Assembly: GCA_963701965.1 (NCBI GenBank)
Contig: OY969695.1
Location: 1,664,001 to 1,728,000 of the forward strand
DNA: 64,000 nucleotides
Reading direction: 5' to 3'
Source of the DNA: an uncultured Gemmatimonadales bacterium
GTDB lineage: Bacteria; Gemmatimonadota; Gemmatimonadetes; Gemmatimonadales; Gemmatimonadaceae
This document shows positions 53,283 through 63,585 of this stretch, piece by piece. Below the pieces are notes generated by a model. It was given only the letters and a program-made list of their open reading frames with translations, searched no databases and had not been told where the DNA came from. Numbering within the stretch: position 1 is the stretch's first letter; every line of letters begins with the position of its first letter. The translations under genes were made by a program, and so were the position numbers.

Positions 53283-54628
53283 CTGATCCCGAATTTCTTG
53301 AGCCGATAGCGCAGCGTGTCGCGACTGATGCCGAGGCGGCTCGCCGCTTTGGTCTGGTTCCCTCCCGCCTCGCGCAGCGCCTGCTCGATCATGGAGCGCT
53401 CCCATTGGACCAGATCCACGCCGGCCGGTGGGCGGCTCTCGGGATCGCCGGGCGGCTCGACCAACGACAGATGCTCGGCATCAATGGCGGGCCCGCGACT
53501 CCACAGCACCGCGCGCTCAATGACGTGGCTCAGCTCGCGCACGTTCCCCGGCCATGAATAGGCGAGCAGCGCATCGCGCGCCGGGGGTGCGATCTCGCGC
53601 ACCTCGCGTCCGTACTTCGCGCTCGAGCGCCGGAGAAAGTCGCCGGCCAACAGCAACACGTCGTCGCCGCGCTCCCGGAGCGGCGGTAATCGCAGCAGGA
53701 TGACGGCGAGCCGGAAGTACAAGTCCTTCCGAAACTGCCCGCGCTGCGCCTCCCGCTCCAAATCGCGATTGGTCGCGGAGAGAATGCGCACGTCGACCTT
53801 GCGGTCGCGGACGCCGCCGACGCGCCGCACCATCCGCTCTTCGATCGCGCGCAACAGCTTGCCCTGCAGCGCCAGCTCGACGTCGCCGATCTCGTCGAGA
53901 AAGAGAAACCCGCCTTCGCCCGCCTCGAAGAGCCCGATCTTCGATTCCTTCGCGTCGGTGAACGCGCCGCGCTCGTGCCCGAACAACTCGGCTTCCATGA
54001 GCGTGGCAGGCAACGCCGTACAATTGACCTCGATGAACGGACGGGTCGCCCGCGGGCCGGACGCATGAATGCTGCGGGCGATCAACCCCTTCCCCGTGCC
54101 CGTCTCGCCGGTGATGAGGATCGGCGGCACATCGTCGAGAGCCGCGACCTGCGCGGCGCGGTCCAGCACCGCGCGCATCGCGGGCGACTCGCCGATGATG
54201 CCGGCGAACGGCATTTCGCGCTTCGTGCGCCCCCGGTAATAGGACAGCTCCTGGCGCATGAGCGCCTGCTGCCGCGCCCGATCGGCCAGCAGCTTGAGCT
54301 CATCGAGATCGACGGGCTTCTTGAGGTAGTCGAACGCCCCGCGCTTGACGGCGTCGACCGCGCCCTCGATCGTGCCGTAGGCCGTCATGATGATCACCGG
54401 CACCGCCGGATCGAACTCGCGGATGCGCTGCAACAACTCGATGCCGCTCATGCCGGGCAGACGCACGTCGAGGAACACGACGTCGGGTCGCACGCGCTCC
54501 AGCATCTCCAGCGCCTGCTCCGCCGTGCCGGCGACTTCCGCCTCGTACCCGGACTCGTTCAAAAAGGCCTTGATCGAACGGGCGAGGGTTCGCTCGTCGT
54601 CGACGATCAGCACCGTCGACCCGTTCAT
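53276..54628 (-). CDS. NtrC-family sigma54-dependent response regulator
   Basis: Receiver LIVDDE/FLDV; GETGTGK, GAFTDA, WPGNVREL, Fis-type HTH. Confidence 0.96.
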   Translation of the reverse strand: MNGSTVLIVDDERTLARSIKAFLNESGYEAEVAGTAEQALEMLERVRPDVVFLDVRLPGMSGIELLQRIREFDPAVPVIIMTAYGTIEGAVDAVKRGAFDYLKKPVDLDELKLLADRARQQALMRQELSYYRGRTKREMPFAGIIGESPAMRAVLDRAAQVAALDDVPPILITGETGTGKGLIARSIHASGPRATRPFIEVNCTALPATLMEAELFGHERGAFTDAKESKIGLFEAGEGGFLFLDEIGDVELALQGKLLRAIEERMVRRVGGVRDRKVDVRILSATNRDLEREAQRGQFRKDLYFRLAVILLRLPPLRERGDDVLLLAGDFLRRSSAKYGREVREIAPPARDALLAYSWPGNVRELSHVIERAVLWSRGPAIDAEHLSLVEPPGDPESRPPAGVDLVQWERSMIEQALREAGGNQTKAASRLGISRDTLRYRLKKFGISG

Positions 54629-56100
54629 GCGGCCGTCTCCGCCGGGAGCCAGACGCGCGCCGTGGTGCCCCCGCCTTCGCCGTGGCGACTGGCGATAGCG
54701 AGGCGGCCGCCGTTCTGCTCCACGTAGCGCTTCGCGATGGCCAGGCCCAGCCCCGTGCCTTCGGGGCGGGTCGTAAAGAAGGGCTCGCACACCGACGGGA
54801 GCACGCTCTCCGGAATGCCGCGCCCCGTGTCGCTGATCTCGACCGTGATCCCGCTGTCATCGGACCGCGCCGCGATCCGGAGCCGCCCGCCTTCCGGTCC
54901 CGGCATCGCGTCGATGGCGTTGGCGATGATCTCCAACAGCGCTTGCTCGATCTGCATGGGATCGACCCGAATGGGCGGCAACGTCGCCGCGACCTCCATA
55001 TCGAGCGTGATACCGTGCTCGCGCATCGGTCCCGCCACGGCGGGCAGCAGATCGTCGACCAGCGTGGCTACGTTTTCCCGCAACGGGTGAAAGGGAGCTG
55101 GCCGCGAGAAGCTCAACAAATGACCGACGCGGCGGTCGAGACGATCGACCTCGTCGATGATCGTCTGGAAATGCTCGCGCGCGTCGGGGACTGCGGCCCG
55201 GTGGAGCCCCAACTGCGCCGCCGCCCGCAGACTGGCCAGGGGATTCCGGAGGCCGTGCGCCACCGCGGCCGCCATTTCGCCGATCAATGCCAGGCGCTCC
55301 GACTGGACGAGCTGCGCCTGTTTTGCATCGAGCTCGGCGCGCGACAGCCGGAGCTTCTCGGTCATCTGGGCGAAGGCGCGGGCTAGCGTCCCCACTTCGT
55401 CCGACAATGTCACGTCGATGGGAGATGTGAGATTGCCGGCGCCCACCGCCACCATCGCATCGTTCAGGGCGCGGATCGGGCGCGTCAATCCGCGCGCGAT
55501 GAGCCACGATGCCACCACCCCCGTACCCAGCGCCAACACCAGCATCGCGATCAGGGTCCGGCGTTCGCCGGCGACGATGGCCGCCAGCTCCGCGTAGGCG
55601 CCGCGCACGCTCGACTCGCGTTGCCGCCGATAGACGTCGCGGTTGACATCCGCCAGAATTGGCATCAAGCCATTCCGAAGGTCGCGCGTCGCCAACTGAT
55701 AGGCGGCAACGCGCTGGCCGGAGTCATACAGCGTGAAGACCTGTCCCACGACGCGATCAATGGCGTTCTGCAGCGCGCGCACCGTGTCGGCGAGCCCCCG
55801 CTCATCGGGTCTCAGCTCGGACTGCCATCGTTGCTGCCAGTAGTTGATCACCTGACCGGTGACCTGATATTCCTTGCGGCCCTCGGGGCTCATGCCCGTC
55901 AGGTATCGCCACACGGCGTCCGTCTGCTTCGACATGATATCTTCGAGCTCGCCGTACGTGCGATTGCGCGCCATGTTCTCGCCGAGCGTCTCCAGCGCGG
56001 CGCGCTCCAGCAAGTTGATGCGAATGGCTTCGGCGGCGATCAGCAAAACCGGAATCGCCGTCAGCGAAAATCCGAGGAGCAGCTTGCGCTGAAAGGTCAT
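54625..56100 (-). CDS. HAMP sensor histidine kinase
   Basis: Two TM, HAMP, AHGLRNPL, DTGRG, GTGLGL. Confidence 0.95.
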   Translation of the reverse strand: MTFQRKLLLGFSLTAIPVLLIAAEAIRINLLERAALETLGENMARNRTYGELEDIMSKQTDAVWRYLTGMSPEGRKEYQVTGQVINYWQQRWQSELRPDERGLADTVRALQNAIDRVVGQVFTLYDSGQRVAAYQLATRDLRNGLMPILADVNRDVYRRQRESSVRGAYAELAAIVAGERRTLIAMLVLALGTGVVASWLIARGLTRPIRALNDAMVAVGAGNLTSPIDVTLSDEVGTLARAFAQMTEKLRLSRAELDAKQAQLVQSERLALIGEMAAAVAHGLRNPLASLRAAAQLGLHRAAVPDAREHFQTIIDEVDRLDRRVGHLLSFSRPAPFHPLRENVATLVDDLLPAVAGPMREHGITLDMEVAATLPPIRVDPMQIEQALLEIIANAIDAMPGPEGGRLRIAARSDDSGITVEISDTGRGIPESVLPSVCEPFFTTRPEGTGLGLAIAKRYVEQNGGRLAIASRHGEGGGTTARVWLPAETAA

Positions 56101-56194
56101 GCCGCCGGGGAGTCTCCAGGCCGAGCCTGTATCTTAACGCTCGGGCCGGCCCGGCGCGCGCTCACGGGCGACCATGGCCAGTACAGGCGCGGGG

Positions 56195-56692
56195 TCAGGC
56201 CAGCGAGACGGACCTCGCGCGCGTCTCGGCAATGAATGCGATGGGCGGCCCCACCAGCAGCATGTGGCCCGCGAGCTCGACGAAGAACACGACGGACATG
56301 ACGGGCACGGTCGTGGTGTGTCGCGATAGCGGCACCACAATGCGGTTCATCGCCAGCCATACAATGGCGCCAAACACGAGTCCGACCGCGACCGTGCCAC
56401 ACTCCATGTGCGTGAGCCGGCGGAGCCACGCCGACCTTTCCCATGTCACGAGGTAGACGGCGGCCCAGAAGAACGCGACGGCGCAATGCAATGCCAGTCC
56501 CAGCGCCGCTGCCGGCAGGCCGTCGTAGAAGGCCGATTCCCCGAGCAGCGCGGTGGCGATCGACTGAAAGAGCTGCTCGACATCGCACACTTTGAGAATG
56601 ACCACGAACAGCACCACGGCGAACGCGCCATCCAACAGCGCGACCACCGTGCCGGCAATGGCCAGACGCTCGCCCAGCGACCGGGGTGTCAT
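56195..56692 (-). CDS. Four-TM membrane protein (DUF1440-like)
   Basis: FQSIA..LLG..A..GG-like, GLALH, MN.IVVPLS, HMLLVGPPIA. Confidence 0.7.
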   Translation of the reverse strand: MTPRSLGERLAIAGTVVALLDGAFAVVLFVVILKVCDVEQLFQSIATALLGESAFYDGLPAAALGLALHCAVAFFWAAVYLVTWERSAWLRRLTHMECGTVAVGLVFGAIVWLAMNRIVVPLSRHTTTVPVMSVVFFVELAGHMLLVGPPIAFIAETRARSVSLA

Positions 56693-56776
56693 TCTGTCAG
56701 AAGCTAGACAATCGGGTGGTCTGCCTTGGAGAGCCAACTTCGCCTATTCCGGTGAGACCAATTACCATTCACCGAC

Positions 56777-58253
56777 ATGGGAAGAAAACCCGGAGCTTCA
56801 GCCACAGTCTATTTCCAAGTCGACCAGGGCGGGGACACGCCCCTGCAACACCAGATATATAGTGGCATCCGCGACGCGATTCTGAAGGGCGCGCTCATCC
56901 CCGGCGCGCGGCTGCCGTCGTCTCGGTCGCTCGCTGACGAGCTTGGTGTCTCGCGCACGACGGTCGTCTTTGCCTTGGGTCAGTTGCAAGCCGAGGGGTG
57001 CGTGATCTCGGCCGGCGCGGCGGGGACGTTCGTGGCGCGCACGCTGCCCGACACCCTGCGCCGCGTGCGCCGGACGGGCGGCGGCGCGGTGCTCTCCCGG
57101 CTCGCGACGACGCTGCTCGAAGCGCCGCCGCCGGCCGTGCGCATTCCGGGGCCGCCGCGCCCGTTCCGCGTAGGGACGCCGGCCGTCGAGCAGTTCCCGG
57201 TCACCGTCTGGGCGAGGCTCGCTGCGCGTCGCCGTCGGAGCGTCTCGGCGTCGCTGCTCGACTACAGTGCCATGGGCGGGTATCGGCCCCTGCGCGAGGC
57301 GATCGCCGGACACGTGGCCGTCGGGCGGGGCGTACGGTGTGCGCCCGAGCAGGTCGTCATCATGGCCGGTGCGCAGCACGCCCTGACCTTTACCGCGCGC
57401 ATGTTGCTCGATCCGGGCGACAAGGCGTGGCTCGAGGAACCCGGGTACATCGGCGCCCGCCACGCGTTGATGGTTTCCGGCGCGACGATCGTGCCGGTCC
57501 CCGTCGACGCCGAGGGCCTCAACGTCGCGGCGGGCATCCGGCTCGCGCCGTCGGCGCGGATGGTCTATGTCTCCCCGTCGCATCAGCATCCCCTCGGCGT
57601 GTCGCTGAGTCTCACCCGGCGGCTGGCCCTGTTGCAGTGGGCGGCGCGCAGCGGCGCGTGGGTCATGGAGGACGACTACGACAGCGAGTACCGCTACGGC
57701 GGGCGGCCTATGCCCGCAATGTACGGCCTGGACACCTATGGTCGTGTCATCTACGTCGGCTCGTTCAGCAAGACAATGTTCCCCTCGCTCCGCCTGGGGT
57801 TCATTGTCGTGCCCGACGAGCTGGTCGACGCGTTCGCCGCCGCGCGGCCGAGGGTCGAGCAGCATCCGCCGACCTTGGATCAAGTCATTCTCGCCGATTT
57901 CATCACGGACGGACACTTCGCGCGGCACACGCGGCGCATGCGCCAGGTGTACGCCGAGCGGTACAATGCCATCCGTCGGGCGGCGGCGCGATATTGCCCC
58001 GAGACCATCGAGCTCTATCCCAGCGACACGGGGCTGCACGTCACCGGCGAGCTGCTGACCGTGCGGAGTGACGTGCGGGTGTCCGAATGCCGCGCGGCGG
58101 CGTGGCATCGAGGTCGGGCCGCTGTCACACTATTACTGCTCCGCTCTGGCCAAGCCGCGGCCCGGCGTCATCCTCGGATTCGCCGCCGTCGATCCCGCGC
58201 GCATCGCCGCCGGCATGCGCACGCTGGCCGAGGCCATTCGCGATCAGGCGTGA
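56777..58253 (+). CDS. MocR/GabR family regulator (GntR plus PLP domain; frameshift near 58085)
   Basis: GARLPSSRSLADELGVSRTTV, EDDYDSEY, YVGSFSK. Confidence 0.93.
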
Positions 58254-58462
58254 TTGCCAGGCCACGAGACCCGTGGCCTCGCGCGTCCGACGCCGCCCGC
58301 GGACACTCGTCGCCGCGAGACTGGCGATGGCGAGGATGGTGGCGATCGCCCAGATGAGACGCTGGCCCAGCCACAGGGACCAGCGGAGGACGCGGAGCAG
58401 TTGGATTCGTGTCATGGGAAGGGGATAGCCGGCCCGCGGCTTGCGTGTGCCATCCCCGCAAC

Positions 58463-59059
58463 GTGGACAGCATCCTGACGTACCTCGAGTCGCTGCCTCC
58501 CGTGGCGCTCTACATCGCGCTCGGGTTGGCCGCGGCAATGGAGAACGTCCTCCCGCCGCTGCCCACGGACAGCGTGGTGGCCTTTGGCGGGTTTCTCGCC
58601 GCTCGCGGCCAGGCCAGCGCGCTCGGGATATTTCTGGCGACCTGGACCGGAAATGTCGCCGGCGCCTGCGCCGTGTACGCCGTCTTTCGGCGCGTGGGTT
58701 GGGGGCAGCACCGGCTCATGCGCGAGAGCGGACGCTGGTCCGCGGCGCGGCTGCGCGCGCTCTACGATCGCTATGGGCTCGTCGCGTTGGCGCTGAGTCG
58801 ATTCGTGCCCGGCGCCCGCGCGCTCGTGCCGCCGCTCGCCGGATCCCTGCGCGTGGCGGCGCCGGGATTTGTCGGCGTCCTGGCGCTCGCCTCCGCCGTA
58901 TGGTATGGCGTCCTCACGTCGGTCGCCTATACCGCCGGCGCCAACTGGGAGACCGTCCAGTCTCGGATTGTCGCAATGGCGGACGGCTGGACGCTGGCGG
59001 CGGCGGGGATCGTGGCCGCGCTCGTGATCTGGTGGTGGCTCGCGCGGCGCCGGGCTTAG
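58463..59059 (+). CDS. DedA family membrane protein
   Basis: ENVLPPLPTD, GNVAG, SRFVPGARALVP..AG. Confidence 0.9.
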   Translation: MDSILTYLESLPPVALYIALGLAAAMENVLPPLPTDSVVAFGGFLAARGQASALGIFLATWTGNVAGACAVYAVFRRVGWGQHRLMRESGRWSAARLRALYDRYGLVALALSRFVPGARALVPPLAGSLRVAAPGFVGVLALASAVWYGVLTSVAYTAGANWETVQSRIVAMADGWTLAAAGIVAALVIWWWLARRRA

Positions 59060-59061
59060 CC

Positions 59062-60114
59062 CTATTCGACGCCCAGGTTGGCGATGATCTCGTGGAAGGC
59101 CGCCGGCGCAATGCGTTGCGCGGCCGCCGCCCGCCGGCCGGCATCGAATTCCGGCGCGCTCAGATCGCCGGTGTCGACAGCGCGCGCGAGTACCGCGACT
59201 TCCGTCAATTTCTCCTGGCCGAACGTCAGCCATGTCCTGACCTCCGCGTCGAATCGCCACGGGCCCGACATCTCGGCGGGCACATAGCGGAGAGAGCACG
59301 ACGGCGCGACCCACAGCCGCTCCGTGCCGCGCGTGTACGCGATCCGCTCGAGCGTGCGGTACGCGCCTTCAATGTCGGTGCGCCACACCGTACGGCCATC
59401 AATGACCCCGGCCGAGAGGACGCGATCGTGCGGCAACGCGCGCAGAATGCCGTCCAGCTGCTCGGGAGCCCGCACGAGATCGACGTGCAAGCCGGCCACC
59501 GGGAACAATGCGGCAAGGGCAATGTTGTCGCCAAGGCCGCCGAAATACGTGGCGACCAAGAGCTTCGGCGCGCCGGGCATGCCGGCCAACACCGCGTACG
59601 CCCATCCATAGGCCGCCTGGGCATCGGGCGAGATGTCCGTGACGAGCATGGGTTCATCGAGCTGCACCCAGGTCGCTCCCTCGCGCGCCAGGCGGCTGAT
59701 CGCCTCGGCATAGATCGCCATCACCTGGTCGAGGATCTCGAGCCGCGGCGCGTCCCCCATCGTCGCCAAGAGGAGGAACGAGATAGGCCCCAGTAGTACC
59801 GGCCGGGTGTCTATGCCCAGTGCCAGGGCCTCGCGATACTCGGCCACTGGCTTGGAGACGTCGAGCGCCAGCGCATCCCGCGTCAGCTGCGGCACGACGT
59901 ACTGGTCCCTGGTGTCGAACCATGGCGCGCGCGTGAGAGCGCCCGGTTCCCCGTCGCGGACGGCGCCGACCATGCGAGCGGTCTCGAGCACGGGATCGCA
60001 CGTCGCGCAATCATTGCTCGGTATGCCCACGATCCCGCTGTCGCGCTGAATCTCCCAACGGCGCCGCCGGGAGCCATCCATCCGGAACGCGCCGAGATTG
60101 GCAGCAATGGTCAT
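59062..60114 (-). CDS. Stand-alone N-terminal half of cobalamin-independent methionine synthase (MetE-like)
   Basis: IAANLG, IPSND, WFDT, RPVLLGPISFL, WVQLDEP, ATYFG, GVIDGR.VWR, APSCSL..VP; ends before the catalytic half. Confidence 0.8.
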   Translation of the reverse strand: MTIAANLGAFRMDGSRRRRWEIQRDSGIVGIPSNDCATCDPVLETARMVGAVRDGEPGALTRAPWFDTRDQYVVPQLTRDALALDVSKPVAEYREALALGIDTRPVLLGPISFLLLATMGDAPRLEILDQVMAIYAEAISRLAREGATWVQLDEPMLVTDISPDAQAAYGWAYAVLAGMPGAPKLLVATYFGGLGDNIALAALFPVAGLHVDLVRAPEQLDGILRALPHDRVLSAGVIDGRTVWRTDIEGAYRTLERIAYTRGTERLWVAPSCSLRYVPAEMSGPWRFDAEVRTWLTFGQEKLTEVAVLARAVDTGDLSAPEFDAGRRAAAAQRIAPAAFHEIIANLGVE

Positions 60115-60189
60115 TCCTGCCAGCAACGTAAATAGTGCACGGGTGACCGTGCAACTGGCGTCGCGACCTGGCCGGGGCGATAATGGCGC

Positions 60190-63100
60190 ATGTCCCAGAT
60201 TATGAGAATCGCGGCCATCGCTGTGAGCCTGGCCGCCACCGCGCCGCTCGGCGCCCAGACATCCGGACCACTCCTGCTCCAGCAGCCGACGATCAGCCGG
60301 ACGCTGGTGGCCTTCACCTACGGCGGCAATGTGTGGACCGCGCCGCGCAGCGGCGGGGCCGCGCGGCGCCTCACCGCCGGCACCGGCCTGGCGACGAATC
60401 CTGCGTTCTCGCCCGACGGCAAATCCATCGCCTTCACCGGCATCTACGACGGGAATGCCGACGTGTACGTCGTGAGCGCGGACGGCGGTGTCCCGACGCG
60501 TCTCACCTACCATCCAGCGGCCGACGTCGTCGTGGGTTGGACGCCGGACGGCGGACGCGTGCTCTTCCGGTCGGGCCGGTCGAGCTTCAGCCGGTACGCG
60601 CGCCTCTATACGGTCGCCAAGGAGGGCGGGCCGGCCACGGAAGTGTCTCTGCCCCGCGGATATACCGGGTCGTTCTCGTCCGACGGCGCGCGCCTCGCCT
60701 ACGTGCCGAACGATCCCGCCAACGAGATCTGGAAGCGATATCGCGGGGGTGAGACATCGGAGATCTGGCTGGCGACAATGTCCAATGCGTCGATCGAGCG
60801 CATCCCGCGCGAGAACTCGAACGACAACTGGCCGATGTGGGTCGGCAACTCGGTGTACTTCCTGTCCGATCGCAACGGCCCGACGACGTTGTTCGAGTAC
60901 GACACGCGGTCAAAGGCGGTGACCGCGGTTGTCGCCAACACCGGTCTCGATATCAAGTCGGCGGCCGCTGGCCCCGACGCCATCGTCTACGAGCAATTCG
61001 GCAGCCTGTTTCTGTTCGATCCCGCGAAGAAAACGTCGACGCCGATTCCCATCACGGTCTCCGGCGATCTGCCGCACGTCCGTCCCCGCTATGTGCCGGT
61101 CGGTCAACAGATCGCCGCCGCGAATCTCTCGCCAACCGGCGCGCGCGCCGTGTTCGAGGTGCGCGGCGAGATCGTGACCGTGCCCGCCGACAAGGGCGAC
61201 ATCCGCAACATCACCAACACGCCGGCCGTGATGGAGCGTGATCCGGCGTGGTCGCCGGACGGGCGCTCGATCGCCTATTTCTCCGACGCATCGGGCGAGT
61301 ACACCCTGCACATCGCGCCCCAGAACGGTGCCGGGACGCCCCGCAGCATCACCCTGGGCGACGCGCCGTCGTTCTACTACTCGCCGACGTGGTCGCCGGA
61401 CAGCAAGAAGATCAGCTATCTCGACAAGCGCCTCAACGTGTGGTACGTCGACGTGGCGACCGGGAAGTCGGTCAAGGTCGACACCGACCCGTTCGAGGCG
61501 CCGTGGCGGGCGCTCGACCCCGTGTGGTCGCCCGACAGCCGGTGGATCGCCTATACCAAGAGCCAGCCCAACCATCTGCGGGCCGTCTTTCTGTACTCGC
61601 TGGAGACTGGCACCGCGACGCGGGTGACCAATGCCATGGGCGACGCGCGCTTCCCGGCGTTCGACCGCGGCGGCGAATACCTGTACTTCACTGCCAGCAC
61701 CAATGCCGGCGCCTCGGCGGGTTGGTTGGACATGTCGAGCTTCGACCATCCCGTGACGCGCAGCATCTACCTCGTCGTGTTGCGCAATGACCGTCCGTCG
61801 CCGCTGGTCCCGCTGTCCGACGAAGAGAAGATCGACTCGGCAAAAGCGGCGGCGGACACCGGGAAAAAGGCCGACTCGGTCAAGAAGAAGCCCGACGCGG
61901 CAACGGCTATCCGCGTTGACCTGGCCAACATCGATCAGCGCGTGCTGGCGCTCCCGCTTGGCGACCGCCGCTGGAGCGGTTTGGCAACCGGAGCGCCGGG
62001 AACGATCTTCGCGCTGGAGACTGTCGACCGCCCGCCGCAGACAGCCGAAGACGAGGGCGGATCCCGCCAGACGGTGTTCAAGTGGGACCTGACGAGTCGC
62101 AAGCTGACGAAAGTCGCCGACGGCGTCATGGGACTCAGTCCCCAGGGCGACGCCGGAGATCGCATCCCGACGTCGTTCCATCTGTCGGCCAACGGGCAGA
62201 AGATGATCTACCGTGCCGACGGCCAGTGGATGATCGCGCCGGTCGATGGCGCCAAACCTGGCGAGGGGATGCTCAACCTCGCCGACGCGCAGGTCGCGGT
62301 CGATCCGCGCGCCGAATGGCGGCAGATGTACCACGAAGCCTGGCGCATCGAGCGCGATTTCTTCTATGATCCGCACTTCCATGGCCTCGACCTGGGCACT
62401 GCCGAAGCGAAATACGCCGCCTACGTTCCCGGGCTCGCCAGTCAACAAGAGCTCCGCTACCTGCTGACCGAGGCACTGGGCGAGCTGACGGTCGGGCATC
62501 TCTTCATTAGTGGCGGCGGCGAGATCCCGGCGACGCATCCACCGCGCACCGGTCTGCTCGGCGCCGACTACGCGGTCGACCACGGCCGGTACCGCTTCGC
62601 GCGGATCTACTCGGGCGAGAACTGGAATCCGGAGCTCAAGGCGCCGCTCACGCAGCCCGGCGTCAACGTCGCGGTCGGCGACTACCTGCTCGCCGTGAAT
62701 GGCGTCGATGTCCGAGGCACCGAGGACGTCTACAAGTACTTCGGCGCGACGGCCGGCAAGACCGTCATCCTGCGCGTCGGCCGCGATCCCTCTGGCGCCG
62801 GCGCCCGTGATGTGAGCGTCGTCCCCACGGCCAGCGAAGTCGCGCTCCGCAATCTGGCGTGGATCGAGGATAACCGGCGCACCGTGGATCGTTTGAGCGG
62901 CGGGAAGCTTGCGTACGTGTACCTGCCCAACACGGGCGGCGCCGGATACACGAGCTTCAACCGCTACTATTTCGCGCAAACGGCGAAGCAAGGCGCGGTG
63001 CTCGACGAGCGCTTCAATGGCGGCGGCTCGATCGCCGACTATATGATCGACGTCATGATGCGGAAGCCCATGTTCCGCGAGATGACGCGCGACGCGTCGG

Positions 63101-63531
63101 ACTTCACCTCCCCGGTCGGCGCGATCTTCGGCCCCAAGGTGATGGTGACCAACGAGTACGCGGGCTCGGGCGGCGACGCGCTGCCGTTCATGTTCCATGA
63201 GACCAAGATCGGACCGCTCGTTGGGAAGCGGACGTGGGGCGGCCTGGTGGGCATCTACGACTATCCGCCGCTCATGGATGGCATGAGCGTCACGGCGCCC
63301 CGCGTCGGGTTGTACACCACCCGGGGCCAGTTCGAGATCGAGAACCACGGCGTCGCGCCGGACGTCGCGGTGGAGCTCGACCCGACGGCCTGGCGCGCCG
63401 GACATGACACGCAGCTCGAGCGCGCCGTCGCCATCGCGATGGACTCGCTGGTCAAGGAACCGCCGGCCATCGTCAAGCGCCCCCCGTATCCCAACTATCA
63501 CCAGGCGGGGAGCACGGCCGCAACACAGTAG
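60190..63531 (+). CDS. Tricorn protease (S41 family)
   Basis: Propeller repeats, YRGG, EW.QMYHEAWR, PDZ, DERFNGGG, AGSGGD, GKRTWGG, IENHGV.PD. Confidence 0.96.
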   Translation: MSQIMRIAAIAVSLAATAPLGAQTSGPLLLQQPTISRTLVAFTYGGNVWTAPRSGGAARRLTAGTGLATNPAFSPDGKSIAFTGIYDGNADVYVVSADGGVPTRLTYHPAADVVVGWTPDGGRVLFRSGRSSFSRYARLYTVAKEGGPATEVSLPRGYTGSFSSDGARLAYVPNDPANEIWKRYRGGETSEIWLATMSNASIERIPRENSNDNWPMWVGNSVYFLSDRNGPTTLFEYDTRSKAVTAVVANTGLDIKSAAAGPDAIVYEQFGSLFLFDPAKKTSTPIPITVSGDLPHVRPRYVPVGQQIAAANLSPTGARAVFEVRGEIVTVPADKGDIRNITNTPAVMERDPAWSPDGRSIAYFSDASGEYTLHIAPQNGAGTPRSITLGDAPSFYYSPTWSPDSKKISYLDKRLNVWYVDVATGKSVKVDTDPFEAPWRALDPVWSPDSRWIAYTKSQPNHLRAVFLYSLETGTATRVTNAMGDARFPAFDRGGEYLYFTASTNAGASAGWLDMSSFDHPVTRSIYLVVLRNDRPSPLVPLSDEEKIDSAKAAADTGKKADSVKKKPDAATAIRVDLANIDQRVLALPLGDRRWSGLATGAPGTIFALETVDRPPQTAEDEGGSRQTVFKWDLTSRKLTKVADGVMGLSPQGDAGDRIPTSFHLSANGQKMIYRADGQWMIAPVDGAKPGEGMLNLADAQVAVDPRAEWRQMYHEAWRIERDFFYDPHFHGLDLGTAEAKYAAYVPGLASQQELRYLLTEALGELTVGHLFISGGGEIPATHPPRTGLLGADYAVDHGRYRFARIYSGENWNPELKAPLTQPGVNVAVGDYLLAVNGVDVRGTEDVYKYFGATAGKTVILRVGRDPSGAGARDVSVVPTASEVALRNLAWIEDNRRTVDRLSGGKLAYVYLPNTGGAGYTSFNRYYFAQTAKQGAVLDERFNGGGSIADYMIDVMMRKPMFREMTRDASDFTSPVGAIFGPKVMVTNEYAGSGGDALPFMFHETKIGPLVGKRTWGGLVGIYDYPPLMDGMSVTAPRVGLYTTRGQFEIENHGVAPDVAVELDPTAWRAGHDTQLERAVAIAMDSLVKEPPAIVKRPPYPNYHQAGSTAATQ

Positions 63532-63585
63532 CGGAGAAGGTGATGGACATGTGACTCGACGCCGGATCATGCGTCGATCGTCGGG

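Noticed and set aside
23770..58253. Programmed frameshifting or mass pseudogenisation in RND, DUF3592, MBL, AraC and MocR genes
   Set aside because: Scattered single-base shifts in otherwise well-conserved genes are more simply explained by long-read indel errors; needs read-level checking
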